A stretch of DNA of 63,461 nucleotides, filler included, from Platydemus manokwari (GCA_037951405.1; 5 parts of 5 records of this genome joined end to end with filler, not necessarily neighbours in it), one strand, 5' to 3'; positions 28,775 to 41,339 are shown, numbered from the whole stretch's first letter. Notes: generated from the sequence alone by a model not told the origin. Translations and numbers: made by a program.

Positions 28775-28993
28775 GCTGGATGTGGTGGTGCGCGTCTGTA
28801 ACTCTACTACCTGAGAGCCGGATTTATGAAGTGATGAATACATGGAATGGTATATGATTATATCACACCTTAATCTAACAGAACCAGTTTGAAGAAAAAC
28901 TGTGATCACATATGAATCACAGTGGTTCTTCAGATTGGTTCTGGTGTAGGTTAGGTTATTCATGAGTTCTGTAAATCACAACATAAATCTTTT
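28775..28993 (+). ncRNA. SRP/7SL Alu-domain RNA A (about 219 nt) with a long hairpin in place of the S domain
   Basis: 5' GCTGGATGTGGTGGTGCGCGTCTGTAACTCTACTACCTGAG matches the SRP RNA 5' Alu fold (helix 3, UGUAA, helix 4 CUC/GAG, loop-loop GGUGGU/ACUACC). GATTTATG..GTGAT pairs with 3' ATCAC..CATAAATC, directly followed by TTTT (28990-28993). Confidence 0.75.
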
Positions 28994-29047
28994 CATTTTA
29001 TTAATTCTAAAAGCGCTTAAATTGAATATTGATAACTTCTTAGAAAT

Positions 29048-31930
29048 TATATGAAAAAGGATATTGATTGACTGAGAACACTTGCATGTAAACACCAAAT
29101 GTTATTTATAAAATTCTTAAGAAAATATAAATTAACTTGTAGTTCATTATTTTTGTTCAATGAAACTAGCAAGATTGCTTCAATGACCGTCATCATTTCA
29201 AAATTGTAGGATCTCTATTCTTGTCATCACAGCTTCAGATGATCATTAAAGTTACTTGTCTCTCGGAAGGCGTTAAATTTTGAAAATATATATTTCTCTC
29301 CAGAAATACTTTTACAATCACTGTTAATGTTTTGCACACAAATAATATCGAAATGTGAATTTATTTTTTCATTAAAATATGTGAGAAGAATTGATAAAAA
29401 ATCAATAAAAATTCGAACAATCTGGGATTCGAACCACTACTGTCGGAGAATGATATGAAAGTGTTGTGATATTTTAATAATTGTTCATTTTATTCAAACA
29501 AAAAATTAATTGCTCTTATATAAAGATGTTGAAATTTATTTTAAAGTTCTGAAGAAAGACGGAGTTCTATTACAACAATTTGGAAGCATAAATTACCTTG
29601 AGAAACTGAGCAGTAACTTAAGCATTAAAACAATCGTTAAACATTTATTTTGGGAAACATAAGCCCACAGGCTCAAGGAACATCCGTAAAGCAAAATTTT
29701 CAAAAATTTTCAACCAAATTTACGTGAATTAGTTTACTTATACATCAGCCCCACATACTTGATAAATGATGTTGAAAAATTTCAAAACATAAAATCGATT
29801 ATCATGATTTTTTACTTTGTAAATCACATGATAAATTTTATTTAGAAAGAGACAAACAATGCATTACAGATAATTTCAAGAATTTATTGCGTGGTGATAG
29901 AGAAGGGAACAAATAAAACCGGATGATATTGATGATTATTTTAAAATATTAGATAAAGCATATTAATAGAACTGAACATTTCTATAATGAACTGCATAAT
30001 TATATTTATGTGTTAGATCACAGATTAATAACTAAGATAAATGAATCTTTTCTTTCGATAACATTTCGACAACCGATGTTATATATATATATATATAGGT
30101 TGTTGCTCATAAACTTTCTAACAGTACTGTTTCTATGTAAGACGATTTTTTAAATTAATGATATTACAACTGAAATAAATGATTAGAATCGTAAATAATG
30201 CGTATCAGGTGACTGTGATCTTTGTTATAGATTAAACTAAGATTTCGGGTTGACTATCTGTTATAATTCTTTCTAGATTTTGAAAATATGAATCTCGATC
30301 AGAAATTGTTTGACAATCATTTTTTAGGGTTTGTAAAGAAATAATATCGAAAATGACAACGATTTGATCACAGAAATTCGTGAAAGGAATTGTTAGGAAA
30401 TTCATTAAAAAATGTGATTAGTTGGGATTCGAACCTGTGCCGTAAGATAATATTAATAAATAATAGAGTGACAATGTGATTAAAAATCACTTCTATTTTT
30501 GTCTACAATTTTATTTTCTACAAGCGCTATAACTGGCATTACTTCGATTTTAAAATGTGATAAACATTTAGACATAAAGTAAAATTATAAATTGTCTCTC
30601 AATTTGTAAATAAATATTTATTAATAAGTATAAAAATATCAAACAGAATGTTTAAAGAGAATTATAAACAGTTTCGATTAACTATTTTATAATGATATTC
30701 CCATGAAATGAGCTCACTTTTACAGTTGAGAGATTGTTTTAAATTATTTAATAAGTGCATCTTTTCAAATTTATAATAATAATAACAATAACAATAACAA
30801 AAATTTTGTTAATATAAAAGATTTCAAAAATACCTCAATTTGTTCATTTTGTCAATGCAATGAACTATTATTAAAATATCACAACACTTTCATTTCAATG
30901 TCAAGCGGTGGTTCGAATCCCGGACTGCACACATTTTAATGATTTTCCAACCATTCTTCTCACATATTTTTATTACAAAATAAATTTTATATTTTGACAT
31001 TATTTGCTTACAAATCTTCATCATTAATTGTAAAAGTATTTCTGCTGGCAAGTATTTATTTCCAAAAGTTTTAGGATTCGTTAGAGATAAGTAACTGGAC
31101 TAGACGTCTGAAGTTGTGATGACAAGAATAGAGAACTGATATACACTAATTTAAATATAATTCAAGATGTTTAAAATACGAACCGGTTTCTCTTAAATGA
31201 ATGAATAAACTCATGTTAAGGGATTGAGTGGATTGAGCATATATTCTTTAATGAGTCTTTAATATTGGATGTTGATGCTCATTGAAGTAATCTAGCTATC
31301 TTCATCGAAAAAGAATAATGTGCTCTTGAAAATTCAGAATTACTCAAGAATTTTACAAATAATATTTTGTCGCTAGCTGAAAATACTCTTTATGAACCAA
31401 TGTGTATTATTTTTCATATTTTATGGCTAAACTCAAGACTTTCGGCAAATCGACTCTTTTCAGTACATATACTTTTACAATTCTTTAATAATAGTTTTAC
31501 AATATCGAAATTCAAAATTATTTTATTATAAAAATATATTGGAAAATTATCGAAAAAGTGTGCAACCTGGGATCTGAACCACTACCTGAGAATGATATGA
31601 AAGTGTTGTGATATTTTAATAATTGTTCATTGTACTGATAAAATGGACCAAATGAAATACTTTTCAAATCTTACGGCACAGGTTCGAATCCCAACTACTC
31701 ACATTTTTAATTAATTTCCTAACAATTCCTTTAACGATTTTCTGTGATCAAATCACAGTCAATTTCGACATTATTTCTTTACAAAAAGTTAAGAATGACT
31801 GTCAAACAATCATAGTTATTCATTTCAATTATAACGTTATTAATTTAAAATAAGGTCCTACATAAAAAAGTGCTATAAGAAGAATTATGAGCAATAACTT
31901 ATATATAACATCGGTTGTCGAAATATTTGG
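29048..31930. repeat. Cluster of five related B-box-containing repeats in mixed orientation
   Basis: 29048-29490 is an inverted copy of 30850-31420; 30060-30450 is an inverted copy of 31660-31930; a partial copy lies at 31480-31650. GGTTCGAATCCC at 29424-29435(-), 30424-30435(-), 30910-30921(+), 31681-31692(+), degenerate at 31569-31580(-). Confidence 0.8.
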
Positions 31931-32067
31931 TTTGCTACTTGGTTTATTATACAAGTGACTGTATATTCATCAAGGCAAACATCTTCGCAGAACCTAAGAA
32001 ACTACTTCTGATTAACAGTTAAGCTTTTATAAATTTAAATTCTTTTCGATTTGGAAATAATTTATTC

Positions 32068-32352
32068 AAAAGATTTGTGTCGATTTGAATTGACGGATAT
32101 CCGCTTGGAAGTTTATCAGAGTAGTTTTTATTTATTAACGGTTTGTTTTTACTTTCTCGGCTTACTTGAATTTGCCGACTTAACAAGTGACACCAAAGTA
32201 TTATTCTTAATGGTTTTGTTAATTGTTTTTCTACTCAACTCCAAGTTAAACATCATGGTGAATATGATTTGACAATATATCACCCACCATTCAAACTTCA
32301 CAAATCCAGTTCTCAGGTAGTTGAGTTACAGACGCGCACCACCACGCCCAGC
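32068..32352 (-). ncRNA. SRP/7SL Alu-domain RNA B (about 285 nt) with a non-SRP structured interior
   Basis: Minus strand starts GCTGGGCGTGGTGGTGCGCGTCTGTAACTCAACTACCTGAG. GATTTGTG..TTTGAAT pairs with ATTCAAA..CACAAATC, then TTTT. Interior stems CTTGGA/TCCAAG, GAGTAG/CTACTC, ATTAAC/GTTAAT, ACTTT/AAAGT. No helix-8 SRP54 motif seen. Confidence 0.75.
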
Positions 32353-32387
32353 TGATTTTTATTTTGCAATTTATTAATTTCAGTTAA

Positions 32388-32487
32388 NNNNNNNNNNNNN
32401 NNNNNNNNNNNNNNNNNNNNNNNNNNNNNNNTTAATTAATTAANNNNNNNNNNNNNNNNNNNNNNNNNNNNNNNNNNNNNNNNNNNN
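32388..32487. other. Artificial contig linker
   Basis: N44-TTAATTAATTAA-N44. Confidence 0.97.

Positions 32488-32557
<70 letters not shown>
32488..32557. repeat. (TTA)n microsatellite at segment edge
   Basis: Perfect trinucleotide run abutting the linker. Confidence 0.95.
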
Positions 32558-32558
<1 letters not shown>

Positions 32559-33316
32559 TTGAAACAGCGATTTATTAAAACACCTTTCATTTCTTTACAG
32601 AGTATTCCAAATGGATTATTTTCCATAATGGAATGTTTCTATCAATGTGCGGATAAGATTTTATTCAAGGAATTAATATGTATAACAATTAAAACAAATA
32701 CAACAAATGCAAACATTTACCTCAAATATGTCAACATTTAAGGTATTACTTTATCGAAAAATGTGAGTCTTTCACTCACTCGAGCCCAGGGTCTAAAGTA
32801 TCAATGAAGGTACCTACGACATTATTTTTTGATCACATAGCACATTGCCAACACATCAAACGTTAATAAAAATGCGATTTGAACTATTTTTATAATATTT
32901 ATTTCAGAATATTAAACAAGTGGTTTTGTAATAAAGGAAATATCGATTGGTCTTTGCAATTGGTTCAATTCATTATTGACAGCGAAACAAACATTTCTTA
33001 CCACCCACAACAATTTGATCTAGTAAAACAATTTTCATTTAGTGAACTGTGGTAATCAAATACTTCCTCCTATCGCATTTAAACAAGTCCATCAGAATGA
33101 ATCATTCAGCAAATTATAGGAATTCAAACTATCATTAAATTGCCAAACCAAATTACTGTTAGGGAAACAGCTCAATATTATTTTCGAAATTAACACACCA
33201 ACCCAAAATGAATACCAAAAATTTAATTCATAAATTCGATAAATCAATACAAATAAATCAATACTTTTGCGGGAGAAATCGATTTTAGGTCATCGAAATA
33301 AATTTGTTAAATGAAC

Positions 33317-33317
<1 letters not shown>

Positions 33318-33393
<76 letters not shown>
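33318..33393. repeat. (AAT)n microsatellite
   Basis: Perfect trinucleotide run followed by short (AGT)n. Confidence 0.95.
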
Positions 33394-33394
<1 letters not shown>

Positions 33395-33922
33395 GTAGTA
33401 GTAGTATAATGCAAAATATGTTTCTACATTTGCGACTAATTTCAGTTTTAGTGGCATTTATATGGCATCATTTAACAATGTGTTTTTCATGAGGAAAACG
33501 CAAGGTTAATTATATTAAAAAGTTGATATTCATCACAAAATATATTTACTATGAATTCATTGGTGTTGTTGTAAAAATATTTGTGTTGGCAGTATCTACA
33601 ATTACTTCTTAACATTTTCCAATTATAATCAATGGAATGAAATGTATTTTTAACGAATCACATTTCTATCAGACTTTGTTAGCACACTGGTGCGGTTTTA
33701 GAAAATGTTAATAATTTATTTTAAAACATGGTGGATTGCAATGGATATACTGGTTTGTAAACAAAAGCTGATTTTTGAATAGCTTATTCAATGATTACTT
33801 CCAGAATACAAAAGCAGTCTATCAGTGGACGATTTGTTTAAATCAACAATTGTTAAATTAGCGATCACCATAGCAATCCATTCACAATCAACCATTAATA
33901 ACAATCAATCGAAAACAAATAT

Positions 33923-34521
33923 GGCTTAAGTTAAGAAAATGAATTCTTAAATATAATTTTTAATTTGTTGAGCGTATTACAAAATTCTTATATAGTTTAA
34001 TTAATTATATTCTTTAAAATCATTTTGAATTTTTTATTTAAGTACTTCAAAAGAATTTTAGTTGTTTAGAGTTTCAAATATTAAATAGATTAGAGGTTCA
34101 AAATTTCCTACAATTTGATTATTTGAAACAAGGAGCAAAGTATGTCGAATTGCAATTTATTGAAAATTTACGAGGACCCTTTTTTAACATTAGAAACAAA
34201 TTAAGAGAAACTCTAAATTTTTACAATTATTTTATAAAAATAAGCAATGATATTATTAAACATGTTTGTAATTAACTAGCTCGATTTATAATTATAAAAA
34301 TTTAAATTTAATAACTCAAATAATTATATAGAAGTGTTGTGATTAGAATAGGATCTTGGTTTTCAAACTATGTTTTGCAATTTTTATACAAACTAAAAAT
34401 GATATATTATTTAAATTATATGAATAAATCAAACATCGCAACTATATATAAAATTATTTGATGCGCGAAAATTCATTATTTCAAAAGTAGGTCAAAATAC
34501 CCCTTTTCTTAACCTCAAGCT
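33923..34521 (+). mobile_element. About 600-bp MITE, copy 1
   Basis: Termini GGCTTAAGTTAAGAAAA ... TTTTCTTAACCTCAAGC are imperfect inverted repeats; body aligns in reverse to 35793-36374. Confidence 0.7.
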
Positions 34522-35792
34522 AAAAAATTTAATAAATTCCCCACAATATCTTGAAGCTTGTGATAATTTCAAGAAAACAACTCACACACACACAGCATTC
34601 ATTAAACAGCTGACATTTCAAGTTAAACCGGAATATATCAACCAACCTACCACTATTTGAGTTGAAATGTAAAACCAGTAAATGCAACTCTAGTCTGTTT
34701 ATGCAATTAATTAAAGCTGTAGTATTATTGAGATATTTAGAAATAGTTGACATGTAAAACAATACCAATGATAACATAGATTAATGAAACAACACATGGG
34801 CTCCTTAATCAAGTAACGTCAATTAAACATTCTCAATGAAATCGAATTACAACAGATTGTCTAGATTATTATTACCAGTTCAGATACGGTTTATATTACA
34901 AATTAACAAAAACATATTCTATTTAATCCTATTCAAAAACGTTTCTCTAATTATTTTTACCAAACGGATTTTCAATATCAAACCATTCAGACTTCATGAA
35001 AATTAAATGAAATAACTATCGTATGAAATCATAGATTTTTTAGTGAATATCATCAATCTTTATTAGAATAAGAGAACAATTTCTGGTCAATAATAGCTCG
35101 ATAATGTACAAGTGCTACAAAACCGGTGACATCTTATCTTATCACAGAGAACACGTGAATTGGTTTTTATCAAATAATCAGTTTTTGTGAACATATTTTT
35201 TGGGTTATTATAATAATTATTCGTCTCATTTCTCTGACATCGACCGAGAGTGAGAGAGAGAGAGAGAGAGAAAAAAAAAAAAGAAAAAAAGAGAGAAGAG
35301 AACTGTCAGGTTTTTTCGTGGTTATTTGTAAGCATCTACGATATATAATTAATCTATCATCATTCTTTGAGAACGATATTTGTTTTTGATAGGCAAGCCA
35401 TTATAATATTCATTGACAGAGAAGAATTAACAAATGTCAACTCTGGTTATCGACGTGACATATCTTATGAATAGATCGCTTAGGATGAAATTAAACTTTC
35501 AACTGACTTCTGGTTATTTGTAACAAAGTGGTTTGACTTGAGAGTCGAATTATAAACGAAAATGAACATTTCATTAATCTTATAAACTTCAATTTTTTAA
35601 AAAATTGTATAAAATTCGTATATTATTATATATTATTATTATTTATTATTATATATCATTATATAAACTATTTTATTAGTAATTTTAAATTAAAAGAATA
35701 AATGAAATTATAGTTGTTTATTTATGTAATTATCATCACTGTCGATGTTGAAATTAACTCTGTATTTCATTATAATCTTTCAATAGATTTAT

Positions 35793-36374
35793 GGGCTTAA
35801 GTTAAGAAAGTGTCCTTTTTTGCACCTGAGATCATTTTATAATTTAATTTTATATATAACTGCTATGTTTGATTTATTCGTATAATTCAGTTAATATCTC
35901 CCTTATAGAATGTCTATAAGTGGCAAAGCATAGTTTTAAAACCAAGTTCCTATTCTAATCAAAACACTTCTATCTGATTTTTTATTTGGTAAATTAAAGT
36001 ATTTTTATTTATAAGTCGAGTTAGTAAACTTCTGACTTGTTTAATAAACTGTTATTCCTTATTTTGAAAATTCATTTTAAAAATTTAGATTATCTCACAA
36101 TTTGCTTCTAATATTAAAAAAGGAGTCCCGCGAGTTTTCAATAAATTGCAATTTGACCTACTTTAATCCATTTTTCCAATTATCAAATTTTAAGAAATTT
36201 TTAAAATTTATTGTATTTAATATTTGATTTCAAACAACCAAAATTATTCTTAAATAATTAAATAAAAATTTGAAAATGTACCTAAAGAATATCATTTAAT
36301 AAACTATATAGATTTTTGCAATCTACTCACAATTTTAAAAGTTTCCTTGAGACTACTTTTCTTAACGTTACTCG
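35793..36374 (-). mobile_element. About 580-bp MITE, copy 2 (inverted relative to copy 1)
   Basis: Termini GGGCTTAAGTTAAGAAA ... TTTTCTTAACG. Shared blocks in reverse complement, e.g. AATTGCAATTTATTGAAAA and GATTAGAATAGGA..TTGGTTTT. Confidence 0.7.
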
Positions 36375-38099
36375 AAAATTTAAATTAAACCAATTGCCCA
36401 ATATTTAGAGAAAGTGAATTTCATAAATTTTTGATGAAAATAATTTAATTTTGTGGTTTGTAAATATGGAAAACTGTTAAAAATAATGCAAAACGATAAA
36501 TTTTTAAGCGAAATTTTTGTTTAAATAACATATTATCTTGTTTTTTGTTAACTATTTAAAAAATTTACTTTCTAAACTTTATTCATCAATTTATTTTTTA
36601 ATTTAATCCCTTTCCTCACTAGTTTTTCTGAACTTAAACAAGGGCATGATTTTAAATAAATTGTGGTATCACCTGAAAGAAAAATTATAAAAAAATTTTA
36701 AATATGTCCCCTGGCATATTTTTGGATGAATTATTGCATACAAATTTAAAGCAAAGTCTTTAATTTTAATATTAATAGACAAACTGATATTAATATGCAT
36801 TAAGGTTTATTTTTCGAGAAAGAAATTAGTATATTTGATGATTTATTTGATAAAATTAAACTAAATTCGTATTTTCAAAGCTTTCTAAACTGAAAATATA
36901 CATCCCCAATTCGATAACGTGATGCATAGTGAATATTTTGTGATTTTATTGACCATCAGAGAAATTTTGTAGAAGTTGGCTCTATGAAATGCTCTTTATT
37001 TTAAAATGTCCTCATTCTTTGATTCAATAAGTCATTGCTTATTAATCTAACTTCATATGCTTGCTACTTTTTGACGAGGAAGTAGTTTCAATAAGTTACA
37101 AATGATCGAATGCATAATACATGTAGGATTAGTCGCATCTAATTACACTGTCAACCTAAATATACGCCTATGGCAGTTAGAAATGATTTTATTTTAAGAA
37201 AAATCTTATTTGCGCCTTTGAGTTTTTCTAAGTTTTAAATGGATTAAAATTCTAAATAATTTCAATTGTTTATTCTTTATGCGAAACAACATTTTTAGAA
37301 GAACTCATGACGTTTGTGGTATTTTGGAACATGAGACTTGATAATGGATTTTATTGTATTATTCGTAGAAATTTTTAAAAAACAACGGATAAATAATATC
37401 TGTAATTTGAATTTATGCCTGTATGTTGATAAAGATCATATCTATTTCGAATTTCTAAAAATCTTTTCATACAAGTAGAATCAGCATATGCCAAATTATG
37501 TTACACACCATTTCCCCATAATATTGATGTTCTCAATTTTGAGATTATCAAAAATTAAATCCCTACATTATAATTTTAAAAAGCGCTGAACACATTCAAA
37601 AAACATACTCATTAGTCAACCGCTCTTAAAACCTCATATAATCGATGTCTTTTAAAGGTGATTGAATGAGAGACAGAATTTCAACTTTTAGATCCTTATT
37701 ATATGCTCTGATTTCAAATAGCTCTTCATATTGATTTTCTTTTTTCTTTTGTGTGAAACCAATATTCTCTGTCAATTTAAATATTTTTTATCATCTTTTG
37801 TTTTTGTCTAGCAGTGACATTCTGTTCGGTGTTATGTATCTATTTTCTCTAATACTCATAATGTCATACTCCAAAAAAGCTTTTGATTTCACTATCTACA
37901 TCGGGATTAATTTTCCGTTCACAAGCCATTGTAAATGGTGGAGAATTTGTTGTAGATTCTATAATAAAGAACACTCTCACTGCTAAGTATATTTGTTGAC
38001 TTAGGATTATTCACTAACTAATACAATTCAACAATTTCAACGGCATCATTTTCACTATCTGAACTTTCTTCTCCATTTGCATTTATTTTTAGAAATTTT

Positions 38100-38560
38100 T
38101 AGAAAATTTGATTATTTTGGTTTTCTTTTTTGTCCACTCTTATAAATTCATCGAATATTTCCTTGTATGGAGATAGGCAATTTAGTAATTATTTTTAAAT
38201 TTTAAACTCCTGTCATAAGAAGTATATATATTAAAATAAAATAAATTTGAAGTTTTGACGAAATTTAGACATTTCTGCAATTTCTTCTGACAATCTTCAT
38301 CAATCCTTTTAGTTTTCAGAGTCAACCTTATTATGAATTTCATTACCAATAAATCAGTTTCACCAAGTTTTTCCATTAATAAGTCCTAAATATCATCACC
38401 GGTCACATCATCTTCCCATTCCATAATTCTACCAAGATCTATGATGACACTAATTTTATCATTAGAGGATTCAGGTACTTTTTCTTTTTGAACCTGCATT
38501 TAACGGTGATCATTTTAAATTCTTTTAAAGATAGCTGTATTATTTTGATACAACCCTTGT
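38100..38560 (-). mobile_element. Degenerate Tigger/pogo transposase C-terminal remnant
   Basis: Frameshifted translation IIDLGRIMEWEDDVTGDDI*DLL .. DRSLKF .. CLSPYKEIFDE resembles the Tigger1/TIGD1-type C-terminus. Confidence 0.5.
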
Positions 38561-39549
38561 TAAAAATTCATTTCATGCTTTTTGTAAATGAATTAATTTA
38601 CACTGAGTTGAATCAATAACTCATCACAATGATCTAGTATGTTTTGCAGGTATAAACGATGTAATGATATAATAGCTGGACTGTTGGGAAACCATAGACC
38701 CCTCCAAATATCATCCCAAGTCTCCCAAATACCAGACAATGTGGTTTAAATGATACAGAGTTCAAGAAACCGATACAGACTCACATCATTTAACGACAGG
38801 GGCCCAAGCTGAAAAAGATCTGGGATGAAAATAACAAAATATGGGTAAAGATCAGCTGAAGCGTGTATTTCGACGCCTGAGGTCAGCGGAAAATTCAAAC
38901 ATTGAAATTCATTCCAGATAGTGTTGCAATATGCAAATCTACGAATTCCAAAAACTCAGTAACATCCCCAAAAAACATTTGTGAATATTTGATTTTTAAC
39001 GCTTTTGACATTTAGTTACAATCTTTATTTTTGTGATCACCTGGTAAAAAATTGACGATTCATTTGTGATTATATGATGTACGTATGAAAATATATTATT
39101 ATTTATAAAAAATAAATTAATTTATTAAATAAAATAGAGATAAATTAAATAAATTAAATTAGGGAGAATAAAATAAATTAATAGATTATAATGTCAAAAT
39201 AATATTAGTTAAATTTTCAAAGGTAGGATTAATAATGAGTTAAGAATCTTAGAGTTTTAAAATGTTTCATAAAATATTACGATATAAAGTACCGAAAATC
39301 ATAAACTAGTGAGTGATTGGGGGTACAGAGTTAAAGCAATCAATTAACTCGACTAAAAAAAGCGACAATATTAAAATTCAAACTTTAAAGGGAATATTGT
39401 TCGGAAAAAATAGAAAAACATAAAGAAATATTCGGTAACGATTATTAAATAATTAACATATAATAAAAAGTAACTGTGGTAAAAAAACTGATCTCCATAA
39501 ATATCACATCCTTTGAATATTATTATAAAATCTATAAAAACAAAAATCT

Positions 39550-40380
39550 TATGACTTGTAGTAGCGTTGTTGCTATTACAGCAAGATCACCACACTGATT
39601 TGTTTGATAAAATCTTTGTGTGAGTTAATTTGTGTGTAAGAAATCATAAAGACATCCACCACAACTCAACAGCAGTATGAGATATTGAGCTTTGGATGAC
39701 TTAAATAATGAGGAAGACATATAGCATTAAAGCTCAAGCTAATTTTCGTTGTCTGGCACAGAACATTTGAAAAACTATTTTCTAAATAAATTTACAGTCA
39801 GAAGCTTTTGAGCTATCTCAACGAATTACTGTTGTGATATTTTTCTATTTATATCTATTCCTCATTTTACAACTGTTTTATTTATTTCCATCATGGCTCA
39901 ACTGAATCAAAATTGAAAATTAGATGCCCTGTACATCCTTCATATTCAATGATTTTTTTAAGAAACTTTTCCTTGATTTCTTATCATATTAATTCCAAAA
40001 TGCATTTAAAATGTTTCAAACTAGCTTTCTACATATCTTTTTTGGATAATTATAAACTTTAAGAAATGTTTTAAAATATTTAAATACCGTGGAATCGTTT
40101 TCAAAATACATAATCAATCCAAATACCTTTTAAATAAATTTGTATTATTAGTGCTCAACTTGAAGATAAGTATCTGGTTTATAATAAAGAATCCCCGATA
40201 GCTGCATTTCTAATTTTCAATTCGTTTTTAATATTTTTGACTGTTGGTGGTGGCCTTAAATTTAAAACATAAGCAGCATAAAATACTTTTTACAACTTTT
40301 GATTCAAAATTTGTGTTTTCAATTCCACATATATTAACTTTCACATAAAAGTTTCATGACGTTTTCTCTAATCAGGTAAC
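39550..40380 (-). mobile_element. Possible hAT transposase remnant
   Basis: Broken motifs VELWWMSL..DLAVIATTLL resemble the hAT dimerisation domain; many stops. Confidence 0.25.
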
Positions 40381-41339
40381 TTAATATATTACATATATAT
40401 AATTTTAAAATAAACAAATTCTGACCATCAAAGTTTTTAAAAAATATAACATGCTAAAATAATCTAAACTATTAGTAATCAATACAATACAGTATTAATT
40501 TAAAAACAAAAACAGAAACATGAGTCTGTGCTAATTATGTTGGTACCGATATTAATTAACATAACCAAACCCAGATTTCCGTCTCTAAATGCCCATACAA
40601 CACAACTCAAAACAAATCATAATGCATACGTGAGATAATACTAGTGGACTTGTGCCACCGATTAATGATGATTGATAAGACAAATTAAATATTTTTGGCA
40701 AACCTTCAATAGGCCATACGAAACCAAAAGACGCCCGGAATTTATAAAAATAGCTAATTAAATTTAAAAACTAGTTGATATAATTATTTTCCTTTTAGTG
40801 ATTTATTGAAGCTTTGGAAAATTGTTTCGGCAGTGATTCGAGTCGATGATAAATTGTGTTTGCTTTTGTTAATGTTTCAAGAATCTACCATTCTTATTAA
40901 TATTAATATTAAGAAACTTAATCGGTCCACACGATTTGAAGAACTGATTATACATATTTAAATTTTCGAAAGTATTTCCCAACTTAATTATCGTATTGCA
41001 CGGTTCATCGCTTTCTTAAACGAAGTTTAAAAGTAAGTAAAGTTAAATACTTAACTTGGATTAAGATATAAGATGTCGTCACAGTTACTACTAGCCTTAA
41101 AGAAATAACAGTTTGAGAAGATATCAGAAGTATGAATTTGTCCATTGCGTTCCTATTGTAAAGAAAATCAATGCTAAAAGTTCATATAATATCTGATTAT
41201 CAGCACTACTGATATTTAAAGATTATTTTATCATTAATTTTTGTTTTTTGCATAAAATTAGCTCTTTATTTTGATAATTCGACTCTATTTTGAATTTATG
41301 CGATAAATATTGTTATTAATATTATGAATAGCATCTTCC

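Noticed and set aside
31582-31593. ACTACCTGAGAA 12-mer shared with the Alu-domain helix 4
   Set aside because: The sibling repeat at about 29436 differs here and no helix 3 precedes it; probably chance.
29424-31692. tRNA genes at the GGTTCGAATCCC sites
   Set aside because: Only the T-loop/B box is present; no A box, D arm, anticodon arm or acceptor stem could be built.
32051-32272. 73-aa hydrophobic ORF, and likewise the minus-strand ORF 28736-28963
   Set aside because: Antisense shadows of the Alu-domain RNAs; no protein homology recognised.
32068-32352. RNA B as canonical SRP RNA or telomerase RNA
   Set aside because: No helix-8 SRP54-binding motif or helix-6 GNAR loop seen, and no CTAACCC template.
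33304-33492. Poly-Asn ORF, and the poly-Ile ORF 32432-32626
   Set aside because: Products of AAT/TTA microsatellites.
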